From a virus (lineage: Duplodnaviria > Caudoviricetes): DNA of 49,434 nt. The stretch covers positions 1-49,434 of the IMG/VR virus record IMGVR_UViG_3300031836_000014. One strand, given 5' to 3'. The position numbers were made by a program, and so were the translations under genes. Below, one piece after another: positions 25,382 to 33,978 of this stretch. Each line of letters begins with the position of its first letter. The first letter of the stretch is position 1. The notes beneath the pieces were generated by a model. It worked only from the letters and a program-made list of their open reading frames with translations, was not told where the DNA came from and did no database searches.

Positions 25382-25677
25382 GCAACTGTAAATGTTTTGC
25401 GGAGTTTCTGGAGAAGATCACCGAGAACCTGAAGGTCCAGCTGCCGGAGAAAGAAGCGGCAACACTCAAGGCTGAGTGGCAAAACGAAGGGATTTTCTTC
25501 GGTGGGGGCGAGATGTCAAAAAGAGCTTTTATGCCAGTCGCCTATGAATATCAGCAATTCAAGAACTCTGGCGAGCCATACAAGAATATCAAGAAAGGTA
25601 CCACCGACCTCTTGATGAGTTACTGCCCGCTTTGTGGCGAGAAGATCGAGAAAGAATCGGATAAGGAGGCAGCATGA
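25378..25677 (+). CDS. Hypothetical Zn-binding protein
   Basis: N-terminal CKC and C-terminal YCPLCGEK. Confidence 0.7.
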   Translation: MSNCKCFAEFLEKITENLKVQLPEKEAATLKAEWQNEGIFFGGGEMSKRAFMPVAYEYQQFKNSGEPYKNIKKGTTDLLMSYCPLCGEKIEKESDKEAA

Positions 25678-25910
25678 TCGACGCAACGATACATCACCCA
25701 ATCCCAGCCGGTAGAAACGTGTTTCACACAATCAGGGGCCAGATGGGTCAGCTAGACCTGAATGCCGAAAAGGACGACACACTGCCAGAGGCGCGGGGTT
25801 TTGTGACGCGGGAAGAGGCCTTGGCGCTGGCTGAAGCCTTTGCTGAGCTGGCGATTGACATAGAAGGCGCTGAGACGATTGCGGCGCTGGCGAAAGGGGA
25901 TGCGGCGTGA
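25674..25910 (+). CDS. Hypothetical protein
   Basis: 78 aa, GGAGG RBS, ATGA overlap. Confidence 0.6.
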   Translation: MIDATIHHPIPAGRNVFHTIRGQMGQLDLNAEKDDTLPEARGFVTREEALALAEAFAELAIDIEGAETIAALAKGDAA

Positions 25911-26293
25911 GCATTGAGTGCCTTCTGATAAAGCAGGCCAGGCTGTCAGACCTTCGCCGAGAGCTAAAGGCGCAAGGGCGCGAAGAGTCGGGCAAGTGCG
26001 AGCGCAAGAGAGCGCAAGTTAATTCCTTGGGGATGGTTACCACTGAAAGCTGCATCGGGTCTGTTTATCAGGGTTGGAAGGATGAAGCCGGCGAGGCTGG
26101 GATGAATTACTGGGGCTGGCCGGATTTTGAGGAAGTCTGGGACGAGGCAGTTGCGGAGGGAGATGTATGCCAGCACTGCCAGAACGTGCGAAGTCTGAAA
26201 AAGCAGCGAATGCAGGCAGGTCGAGAGATTGGCGGGGTTCGCGCAGCAATCACAAGAGCGGGCCGGAGACTGGCCCTGAAGGAATCAGCATGA
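25907..26293 (+). CDS. Hypothetical protein (CxxC)
   Basis: 128 aa, GTGA overlap, CQHC. Confidence 0.65.
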   Translation: MSIECLLIKQARLSDLRRELKAQGREESGKCERKRAQVNSLGMVTTESCIGSVYQGWKDEAGEAGMNYWGWPDFEEVWDEAVAEGDVCQHCQNVRSLKKQRMQAGREIGGVRAAITRAGRRLALKESA

Positions 26294-26403
26294 CCTTCCT
26301 AATCGAAATGGCCGCAGTCCTACTCATTGGCCTGGTCGTTAGCGCAATCGTTTGTCTCGCAACCGCGTCGTGCGCAATGAGTGTGCGTAGGGGGCCGGAA
26401 TGA
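26290..26403 (+). CDS. Small membrane protein (37 aa)
   Basis: MTFLIEMAAVLLIGLVVSAIVCLATASCAM; ATGA overlaps. Confidence 0.5.
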   Translation: MTFLIEMAAVLLIGLVVSAIVCLATASCAMSVRRGPE

Positions 26404-26771
26404 GCACCGTAACGCCAAGGCCGTGGATGTCAGTTCAACTGGTAAATGAGGACGGCAGCAAGATGACTGCGCAGGAGTCGTCTGAGTACGTGGCAAATAC
26501 CGCCATTCATGGAAGCGAAGGCTTTTATGCGGTGCAGGCCAGAAAGGACGACGGCAAGTTGTACGACGTTTGTCATACAGGTAATGGGCCTGACTCCGAG
26601 TGGAACGCCAGCGCTATAGCTGAGGCCGTGAACTACCACGAGCGGCTGATAGAAGCGCTGCACCATGCAATGCAGTGCTGGGAATACGACGGCGTAAGTG
26701 ACGAACATGGCGCGGTTGCAGCGGAGTGCAGCGCCATTCTAGCCAAGATGGAACAGGAGCAGGCGCAATGA
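26400..26771 (+). CDS. Hypothetical early protein
   Basis: TPRPW...VCHTGNGP.S..NA..IA.AVN module typical of phage early genes. Confidence 0.65.
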   Translation: MSTVTPRPWMSVQLVNEDGSKMTAQESSEYVANTAIHGSEGFYAVQARKDDGKLYDVCHTGNGPDSEWNASAIAEAVNYHERLIEALHHAMQCWEYDGVSDEHGAVAAECSAILAKMEQEQAQ

Positions 26772-27130
26772 GCAAATCATTAATGCAGAACCAGCGCGAA
26801 CTGGACGACAGCGCCGAGATTGAAGGCCACGCTGAAAAAATCGAGCAGGAGCTGCGCGAAGAATTGCTGGACGGCGGTTATTACGACCTCTGGCACCGTG
26901 GCGGCATTAAGAAGCGCCGAGTCTACGACAGCTCAGACGTTATCAGCGCGATGATTGACTTGGACAGCAATACGTTTGACGCGGCAATCATGCTGTCCGG
27001 CAAAGATCCGCTGCAAGGCGCGAAAGCACTTGCGGAGCTAATGGCGCGGGCAGTCGATCACCTGGTTGCCGAGGCGCCCACCCTAGCGGCGGCAAAGTTT
27101 GAAATTGAAAATAAGGAGAAGGCGGCATGA
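26768..27130 (+). CDS. Hypothetical protein
   Basis: ATGA-coupled start MSKSLMQ. Confidence 0.65.
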   Translation: MSKSLMQNQRELDDSAEIEGHAEKIEQELREELLDGGYYDLWHRGGIKKRRVYDSSDVISAMIDLDSNTFDAAIMLSGKDPLQGAKALAELMARAVDHLVAEAPTLAAAKFEIENKEKAA

Positions 27131-27897
27131 ATGCAATAGCAAAAACAAAAGGCATGGGGTTCGCCCTGCAGCCAAACAGCATGGATGAGGCTTTCCGCAT
27201 GGCAGAGATGCTGGCCGGCAGTCAAATGGTGCCAAAGAACTATCAGGGCAAGCCACAGGACGCGCTGGTCGCAATGATGATGGGCTCTGAGCTTGGGCTC
27301 AACCCGATCCAGTCCCTTGCCAATGTTGCGGTGATTAATGGCAAGCCTGCGATTTACGGGGATGCACTTCTGGCTCTGGTTCAGAACCACCCGAAGTTTG
27401 GCGGGCATGAAGAATCGTTTGAAGAGAACGGCATGGTCGCCACCTGCACGGTTTGGCGCAAAGGTGACGCTACCAAACACACAGTCACGTTCAGCCAGGC
27501 TGATGCACGAAAGGCGGGGCTTTGGGAAAAGTCCGGGCCGTGGACTCAATACCCAAAGCGGATGCTTATGTGGCGTGCCAGAGGCTACGCATTGCGCGAC
27601 AAGTTTGCCGACGCCCTTGGTGGCCTGATTACCGTCGAGGAAGCGCGGGATATTCCCGAGCAGGATATGGGTTCGGTGCAGCGTCATGAGCCAAAGCAAG
27701 AGGCCCGCCCAGCCCTTGAGTATTACGCGGATGAACAAATGGCAGAAAACATGCCCAAGTGGAGAGAGATCGTTCAGTCAGGGAAGCGAACTCCGCGTCA
27801 GATCGTGTCGATGATCGAATCTAAGCATTCCCTGAGTGACGCCCAGAAAAGCGAAATTCTTAACCTGGAGCAGAGCGATGAGAAGGAAACCGCTTGA
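27127..27897 (+). CDS. recT: RecT/Red-beta-type single-strand annealing protein
   Basis: S.MVPK.YQGKP.D..VAM..G.ELGL.P.QSL.N.AVINGKP, GPW.QYPKRML.WRA..YALRD.F.DAL.G. Confidence 0.85.
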   Translation: MNAIAKTKGMGFALQPNSMDEAFRMAEMLAGSQMVPKNYQGKPQDALVAMMMGSELGLNPIQSLANVAVINGKPAIYGDALLALVQNHPKFGGHEESFEENGMVATCTVWRKGDATKHTVTFSQADARKAGLWEKSGPWTQYPKRMLMWRARGYALRDKFADALGGLITVEEARDIPEQDMGSVQRHEPKQEARPALEYYADEQMAENMPKWREIVQSGKRTPRQIVSMIESKHSLSDAQKSEILNLEQSDEKETA

Positions 27898-28699
27898 CCT
27901 GACTGGTCGCCAATTCGGGCGGCTTTCCGTCACCAGAGAGGCCGAAGGCTATCGCAGCCCTGGCGGCCAACTCCACCGGCAGTGGCTTTGCTATTGCGCC
28001 TGCGGGGAAATGGTGCGGGTTCGGCAACAGCATCTGACAAACGGGCATACGGAAAGCTGCGGGTGCGCGCCCCGTGATCGCCGCACCACCCACGGAATGA
28101 GTAAAACACCTGCTTATAGCTCGTGGAGCTGCATGATGAGCCGTTGTTACAACGAGAGAGATATTGGCTGGAATAATTACGGCGGACGAGGCATTCGCGT
28201 CTGCGATAGATGGCACGAATTCTTGAACTTTGTTGCCGATATGGGCCAGCCAACTGAGGGAATGTCCATAGACCGCATCAATTCTGACGACAATTACTTG
28301 CCAAGCAATTGTCGGTGGGCCGACCGCTTTCAGCAGGCAAACAATCGAAGAAATAATGTCCGACTCGTCTTCGGTGGGAAAGAAATGACCATTGCCGAGT
28401 GGGCGCGAGAGATCGGAGCTGATCCGGCAACACTTAAACGAAGGCTTGATAAGGGCTGGTCTACTGAAGACGCCCTTTCTATCCCGATAGGCCATCCGAC
28501 AGACCTGATGATTGAGTCGATCAAAAAGCTGCACAAGTCTGGCGAGGACAGCAGTAGAGCAAAGATGACATTCGAGGCTGCCGAACGGATGCGCGAATAC
28601 AAAAACGAGAACCCTAAAGCTTCCCTGGAGGCTCTCGGAAATCAGTTTGGAGTCGGCAGAGAAACCGCCCGGAAAGTAATCAGGAGATTAGCATGGTAA
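27878..28699 (+). CDS. HNH homing endonuclease between recT and the exonuclease
   Basis: Start MRRKPLDLTGRQFGRL; WLC.C.CG, SCGC, THG, YGGRGIRVCDRW, SIDRIN...Y.P.NCRWA; extra C-terminal HTH. Confidence 0.88.
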   Translation: MRRKPLDLTGRQFGRLSVTREAEGYRSPGGQLHRQWLCYCACGEMVRVRQQHLTNGHTESCGCAPRDRRTTHGMSKTPAYSSWSCMMSRCYNERDIGWNNYGGRGIRVCDRWHEFLNFVADMGQPTEGMSIDRINSDDNYLPSNCRWADRFQQANNRRNNVRLVFGGKEMTIAEWAREIGADPATLKRRLDKGWSTEDALSIPIGHPTDLMIESIKKLHKSGEDSSRAKMTFEAAERMREYKNENPKASLEALGNQFGVGRETARKVIRRLAW

Positions 28700-30483
28700 T
28701 TCTTCAGGAAGTTCAAGGCACAGACTCTTGGCACCAGTTGCGCAGCAAAAGATTCACAGCCAGCGAAGCCGCCGCGGCCTGCGGCGATCACAAATATATG
28801 AGCCGAAACGATCTACTGAACCAGAAAGCCACCGGCCTTGTGCCGGAGGTGGATTCTTATCAGCAGAAAATCTTTGACCAAGGCCACAAATTTGAGGAAA
28901 TGGCCCGAAGCATTGCCGAAGAAATCATGCAGGACGAGCTTTTCCCTTGTACGTGCGAGGACGATACCGGCACCTACCTGGCCAGCATGGATGGGCTCGA
29001 TATGTTGTCCGAGCGGGGATGGGAGCACAAATCCATCAACGACAAACTGCGCGCTGCGACCGCCGAAACACTGGAAGATCATTACAAGTGGCAAATGGAC
29101 CACCAGATGATGGTGACTGAGGCTGAGAAGATCCTGTTTATGGCTTCGGACGGCACAAAAGAGAATTGCGTGTGGTTTTGGTATGAGCGCGATGAGAAGC
29201 GCATCGAGCGCTTGATTGCTGCCTGGGATCAGTTCGCCAAAGACCTGGCCGAGTACGTACCTGCGGAAGCTGAGCAGCCAAAGGCAGAAGGCAAAGCCCC
29301 TGACGCCCTGCCAGCGCTAACCGTTCAAGTGCAGGGCATGGTCACAGCCAGCAACCTGAAAGCGTTTGAGGAAAGCGCCCGGGCCACCCTGGCCGGCATT
29401 AATACAGATCTGCAAACCGATGAAGACTTTGCCGACGCTGAAAAGGCGGTCAAGTTCTGCAAGGACGTTGAAAAGCGGCTGGATGGTGCGCGGGAAAACG
29501 TGCTGGGCCAGATGCAGACCGTTGATGAGGTGGTGCGCTCCATTGATTCGATCAAGGAAGAAACCCGCCAGATCCGCCTGAAGCTGAACAAGGCAGTCAC
29601 GGATCAGAAAGAGGCGCGGAAGTTGGAGATTCTTTCCGCAGCAAAGGCGGCCTATTGCAAGTTTTACGGGGCGCTGGAGTCTGCACTGGAAGATGAAGCG
29701 GGCGGCCTGGCTATCACCCTGAAAGAAAGCAATGGTCCGGACTTTGCCGGAGCCATGCGGGGCAAGCGCACAATCTCCAGCCTGCAAGGAGCCTGTGACG
29801 ACACGCTGGTCGGCACCAAGATTGATCTGAATGAAATCGCCGCTGCTATCCGGGCCAATATTCGCCAAATGAGCGAGCACGCTGGTGATTACAAATTCCT
29901 GTTCCGCGATTTTGGCCAACTCTGCCAGAAGCCAGCAGAAGACTTTGCCGCCATCGTGAAGTCTCGCATTGCCGATCACAAAGAAGCCGAGCAGGCGCGA
30001 CTGGAGGCGGAGCGGGCAAAGATTCGGGCCGAAGAAGAAGTCAAAGCCCGCCGCGAAGCTGAACAGAAAGCCGCCGCTGAGCGCCAGGTTGAGCAGAAGA
30101 AGGCCGAAGACGCCCGATATGCCGCAGAGCAGGAAGCCAGGGCGAAAGCTGAAGAGGACGCGAGAGCGCAGCGGGAGTACGCCACACGACAAGCAGCTGA
30201 GGCCGCTGAGCTGGCCGGGGCCGAACTGATACGTCGGCAACAGGCTGCCGATGCGGAGCCAGTCGCGCAAAAGACCGAACGCCCCATGCCTGCCATGGCG
30301 CAAGAAGATGCGCTGGACGCCACGCTGAGAGGCGAAACCAGTGACGGGCAGATCATGATTGATCGCGCCGAATACAACCGCCTGGTTGATGATAGCAACC
30401 TGTTGTCGGCCCTGCGCGCCGCTGGTGTGGATAACTGGGAAGGCTGGGATCATGCCATCGAAATCATGCAGGAGGCAGCGTAA
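28693..30483 (+). CDS. YqaJ-type (lambda Exo family) exonuclease with long coiled-coil extension
   Basis: QGT..W..LR....TASEA, GH.FE..AR, ASMDG, WEHK, WQM.HQ motifs. Confidence 0.88.
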   Translation: MVILQEVQGTDSWHQLRSKRFTASEAAAACGDHKYMSRNDLLNQKATGLVPEVDSYQQKIFDQGHKFEEMARSIAEEIMQDELFPCTCEDDTGTYLASMDGLDMLSERGWEHKSINDKLRAATAETLEDHYKWQMDHQMMVTEAEKILFMASDGTKENCVWFWYERDEKRIERLIAAWDQFAKDLAEYVPAEAEQPKAEGKAPDALPALTVQVQGMVTASNLKAFEESARATLAGINTDLQTDEDFADAEKAVKFCKDVEKRLDGARENVLGQMQTVDEVVRSIDSIKEETRQIRLKLNKAVTDQKEARKLEILSAAKAAYCKFYGALESALEDEAGGLAITLKESNGPDFAGAMRGKRTISSLQGACDDTLVGTKIDLNEIAAAIRANIRQMSEHAGDYKFLFRDFGQLCQKPAEDFAAIVKSRIADHKEAEQARLEAERAKIRAEEEVKARREAEQKAAAERQVEQKKAEDARYAAEQEARAKAEEDARAQREYATRQAAEAAELAGAELIRRQQAADAEPVAQKTERPMPAMAQEDALDATLRGETSDGQIMIDRAEYNRLVDDSNLLSALRAAGVDNWEGWDHAIEIMQEAA

Positions 30484-31049
30484 TGTTGATATTTTCCTAC
30501 GACACCGAAACCACCGGATTGCCTAATTGGAAGCTGCCCTCTGGCGACCCGGCGCAGCCGCATCTGGTGCAACTTGCCGGAATTCTGGCGGACACTGAAA
30601 CCCGCTCGGTCGTTTCCAGCATCGACCTAATCATTCGACCCGATGGCTGGGAGATCCCCGAGGTAGTAACGGCCATCCACGGCATTACGACCGAGAGAGC
30701 ACTGAAAGTTGGCGTTAGCGAAGCCGAGGCATTCGCCGCCTTCATAGCGTTGTGGGGCGGCCGGCAACGTATCGCCCATAACCGCACCTTTGACCAGCGC
30801 ATTATGCGGATTGCCGCCAAGCGGTACGCCGATGAGGCCCTGATTGAGCGGTGGGCGGACAAAGCAACTCACGGCTGCACAATGATGGATTCTAAAGAGC
30901 CTATGGGTATGTCGAAATGGCCGAAGTTGTCTGAGGCATACAAGCATTTCACCGGCAAGCCGCTGGAGAATGCGCACTCTGCCATGGCCGACGCTCGCGC
31001 CTGCCTGGACGTATATTTTGGCATTCTTGACGCCAAGGAGGCCGCGTAA
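30483..31049 (+). CDS. DEDDh 3'-5' exonuclease (DnaQ-like)
   Basis: YDTETTG, IHGIT, AHN..FD, AHSA.AD. Confidence 0.9.
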   Translation: MLIFSYDTETTGLPNWKLPSGDPAQPHLVQLAGILADTETRSVVSSIDLIIRPDGWEIPEVVTAIHGITTERALKVGVSEAEAFAAFIALWGGRQRIAHNRTFDQRIMRIAAKRYADEALIERWADKATHGCTMMDSKEPMGMSKWPKLSEAYKHFTGKPLENAHSAMADARACLDVYFGILDAKEAA

Positions 31050-31702
31050 TGCCGAAAATCAAACTAACCCTAACCCGCGATACCCTGGCAAAACTGAGGG
31101 CCATGAAGAAGGCTAACAGCAGTCTTTCTAAGCGCGACTGCGGACACAACCTTGGCGTGTGCCTTATCACGCTGAACCGGGCGGCGGATCGCGCAGGGTT
31201 GCGTAAAGAGTTGACGAAGATTTTTCCCCCTAGCGTGTTTAATGGCGCGGAGTCGGCAAAGCCAACGGCTAAATCCGTGCAGAGAAAGTTGGACGAAGAA
31301 CTCCGCGCCGAAATTCGCCGCCGTTACACCCGGGGCCGCAGCCATGCTGCCAAAGCCTGTGAGCTTAACAACGAATCCGTTGCGCTATCTCTGAACACGA
31401 CTCGCGGCAACGTGTACAGCGTCAGCAAGGGCCGGACGCCTCGGGGCGTGAACGCTGAAACGGTTGAAAAGATCCGGGCTGCTATCGTTCGGCGTCATTA
31501 CCACCAGCGCATGGCCTTGGCCGATACGGCAGCCCAGATTTCGCGGGATACGGGCCTGACTGAGCTTATGGTTCGCAATCTGTGCCATTACGTGCGCCAG
31601 AGCGAGCGCGCGGGAGGGTCGAGCGGAATTGAGAAGGGTTCGGCCTGGCTATTTCTGACAGCGCCGGCTGTCAGCTTCGGTGTTTGCCAGGGGTATTACT
31701 GA
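31049..31702 (+). CDS. Hypothetical basic protein with HTH-like repeats
   Basis: 217 aa, TAATG-coupled, several HTH-like segments. Confidence 0.65.
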   Translation: MPKIKLTLTRDTLAKLRAMKKANSSLSKRDCGHNLGVCLITLNRAADRAGLRKELTKIFPPSVFNGAESAKPTAKSVQRKLDEELRAEIRRRYTRGRSHAAKACELNNESVALSLNTTRGNVYSVSKGRTPRGVNAETVEKIRAAIVRRHYHQRMALADTAAQISRDTGLTELMVRNLCHYVRQSERAGGSSGIEKGSAWLFLTAPAVSFGVCQGYY

Positions 31703-31703
31703 G

Positions 31704-32486
31704 ATGAGCAACTTACAGGAATGGATCAATGCGGTCTTGATGGCCGCTGATGCGGAAGGCACAGCGAATGCGGAAGTTATACCCACATGGCCAGCGGATT
31801 GCGTTGAGCGCTTTCCCGATAGGTTTCCACAGCTAACCGTTGGGGCTTTGCGGGACTGGCAAACCCGCCCCAAGTTCACAGCGCTATGCCAAAGCAAAAC
31901 AAAACAGATCGGAAAGCCCGTTGGCTATCTGGTCCAGAACGAAGCCGGGGGACTGGCAGCGGTACATAACCTGGGCCGCGTGACCTGGCTGGATGATTGT
32001 GTTGCTGGGCCGGTTGAGCGTGAAGACAACGCACAGGATGGCGGAGGCTTGGAGGTCCAAAAAGAGTTTTGGGACAAGGCTTGGGATTTTTCAAATGAAT
32101 TTATTGATGGCTACGAGTTTATTGGCGATAAGGGGTATTACACCCCAGGCAGTAAAGAGCGTCTTTTGATTAAAGATTGCGTTTCAGGGCTTTTGTCCGA
32201 GATGGAAGAGAGCAGCTTCATTGGCTCCCGTGCACAGCAGCCCAGCGCCGTGGTGCAGAAACCTAATATGTTCTGGGACGACAGCAACCCGGAAATGTCT
32301 CAGGAGTCTGAATATGACCTTGCAGATTACTGTGCCCAAGATCTGCCTTGCGGAGAATCAATGCTAGTAGACGTGATGTGTGCCGAGATGCTGCCAAATC
32401 GGACTATGAAAGTCTGGATCGACAACGAAGACGACGGGGTTCACTGGGAGTGGGTACAGCCACAAAAACAGGAGCAGGAATCGTGA
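31704..32486 (+). CDS. Hypothetical mosaic early protein
   Basis: Start MSNLQEW; modules joined by short linkers (QQPSAVV). Confidence 0.65.
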   Translation: MSNLQEWINAVLMAADAEGTANAEVIPTWPADCVERFPDRFPQLTVGALRDWQTRPKFTALCQSKTKQIGKPVGYLVQNEAGGLAAVHNLGRVTWLDDCVAGPVEREDNAQDGGGLEVQKEFWDKAWDFSNEFIDGYEFIGDKGYYTPGSKERLLIKDCVSGLLSEMEESSFIGSRAQQPSAVVQKPNMFWDDSNPEMSQESEYDLADYCAQDLPCGESMLVDVMCAEMLPNRTMKVWIDNEDDGVHWEWVQPQKQEQES

Positions 32487-33097
32487 GTGATATCGAGACA
32501 AGGCAAGAGGCCTTTTTAAAAGCGTTAAGCAGTGCAGGAATTTCACCAGAATATCAGGGCGATGGAGTATTCACCGGCCAGTCGCGGCTATTCGAGATGG
32601 TATTTGACGCTGCCTGTAGCTGGCAAGCACGAGCCCAGTCCGATGGCGGGGCTGTGCCGGATTGGGAGCATCGGCAAACAGATACCCATGCTGGATGGGT
32701 CAACGAGTTGCTGACCCTAGCCGACCATCACGAGAAAATTCCCGGCTTTGCTCGTAACGCAATGCAGACAATAGCTCGTGGGCTACTCTCAGTCACCCCA
32801 CAACAGCCCAACGCCGTGGTGCCGGAAGGGTGGCGCGTCTTACCCGAAGACCTGGAAACCCATCTCTGGGACTTCAAGGCAGCGGTTCACCACATGATTG
32901 AATGCAATGGTGGTGATACCGAGGGGTACTGGTCGCATCAAGCGAAGACTCTTGAAAATATTGAAAAAATGATTGTATCCGCACCACAGCTGCCCAGCGC
33001 CGCAGTGCCGCAGGTAGCGACCGAGCGGCGGTATTTTAGTGCTCAGTCGTGGCATGAAAGCGCCCCGCAGCTACCAAAACGGGAGCAAGAATCATGA
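32483..33097 (+). CDS. Hypothetical mosaic early protein
   Basis: GTGA-coupled; WQARA, GAVPD, AVVPEGW, SAPQLP linkers. Confidence 0.65.
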   Translation: MSDIETRQEAFLKALSSAGISPEYQGDGVFTGQSRLFEMVFDAACSWQARAQSDGGAVPDWEHRQTDTHAGWVNELLTLADHHEKIPGFARNAMQTIARGLLSVTPQQPNAVVPEGWRVLPEDLETHLWDFKAAVHHMIECNGGDTEGYWSHQAKTLENIEKMIVSAPQLPSAAVPQVATERRYFSAQSWHESAPQLPKREQES

Positions 33098-33540
33098 GCG
33101 AGCTTAAGCGGGAAGCGTTTGAAAAGCACAACTTGATACCTTCTGATGCAGAGTTTTGCGACAAACATCAGATGTACAAACACAAGCAATATAGGGGCGT
33201 GATTGAACATCCAATAAACGAGCTTTGGGAATCGTTTTGTGATGGCGCTCAATGGCAGGCCCGCACGCAGAAAGCGATTGTTACGGAAGTTGAACGCTGG
33301 AAAAATGCTGCACACGATCAAGCGGAAACTATCAGCGAACTACAGGAATTGGTGCATTGTCAGCGCCAAGCCAGCGCCGTGGTGCCGGCAAAATATCACA
33401 GGCGGCTAGTGGAGGCTTTGCGTTTTTGCGTTTCCGTTATGTGCGACGGTTCTCGGTTTGTAAGTTATAGCCAGCAAAAATCGGCGGCCCAAGATGTTCG
33501 CGCCATTCTAGCTGAACTGGAAAAGGAGCCGACACAGTGA
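33094..33540 (+). CDS. Hypothetical mosaic early protein
   Basis: REAFEK...WQAR...SAVVP; C-terminal module shared with 26400..26771. Confidence 0.65.
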   Translation: MSELKREAFEKHNLIPSDAEFCDKHQMYKHKQYRGVIEHPINELWESFCDGAQWQARTQKAIVTEVERWKNAAHDQAETISELQELVHCQRQASAVVPAKYHRRLVEALRFCVSVMCDGSRFVSYSQQKSAAQDVRAILAELEKEPTQ

Positions 33541-33653
33541 GCGAAATTAGTTATCAGTGCTGGATCTGCCCGCAATGCTTTGACGATAGACATCACACCC
33601 CTGACGATGATTGTATATTTAAAATGGTTTGCCAAGCACTCTCAACACATTGA
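33537..33653 (+). CDS. Small Cys-rich ORF (38 aa), last early gene
   Basis: AAGGAG RBS, GTGA overlap; MSEISYQCWICPQCFDD... Confidence 0.4.
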   Translation: MSEISYQCWICPQCFDDRHHTPDDDCIFKMVCQALSTH

Positions 33654-33701
33654 TTTTATTATGGCTGTCATTGGCATAATATACAGTTTTGGCGCTCAAT
33701 T

Positions 33702-33738
33702 AAGCCAGACACTTAGCGGTGTTCTGGCTTTTTTGTTT
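33702..33738 (+). terminator. Terminator of the early-left operon
   Basis: AAGCCAGA-CAC...GTG-T-TCTGGCTT hairpin followed by a T-run. Confidence 0.7.
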
Positions 33739-33847
33739 TCAGGGCAACTCAAAACAAACTTAACAGAAACTCAAAACCCCATCGCGCATGATGCAAGACT
33801 GGGCGGACTACGTGTATTCTTTGAGTGGTAATGTGGTGGGGATTCAT

Positions 33848-33970
33848 AGGGCTAATGATTACGCGCCGACCAATCTGTTAGCGTAGCACGTCAAGCATCG
33901 TCAGAAGTCTGGGCGACATCTCGTCAGACCAGTCACGGAACTCTTCTGCGTTGAAATTTTCCATGTGCAT
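33848..33970 (-). pseudogene. Truncated remnant, probably of a peptidase M15-type endolysin
   Basis: MHMENFNAEEFRDWSDEMSPRLLTMLDVLR-TAA-QIGRRVIISP; the F...EF....M...LL..LD.LR...G....IS pattern is the peptidase M15 N-terminus; in-frame stop and no catalytic part. Confidence 0.55.
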
Positions 33971-33978
33971 AATCACCC

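Noticed and set aside
29317-30453. Long - strand ORFs (378 aa and others) opposite the exonuclease
   Set aside because: Antisense shadows of a GC-rich coding gene; no RBS or motifs. The same applies to most short overlapping ORFs in the track.
33668-33700. dif-like (XerCD) integration site
   Set aside because: Only GCATAAT resembles dif; the XerD arm TTATGTTAAAT is absent.
33580-33831. 83-aa + strand ORF from the track
   Set aside because: TTG start without RBS, overlaps a better coupled ORF and runs through a terminator.
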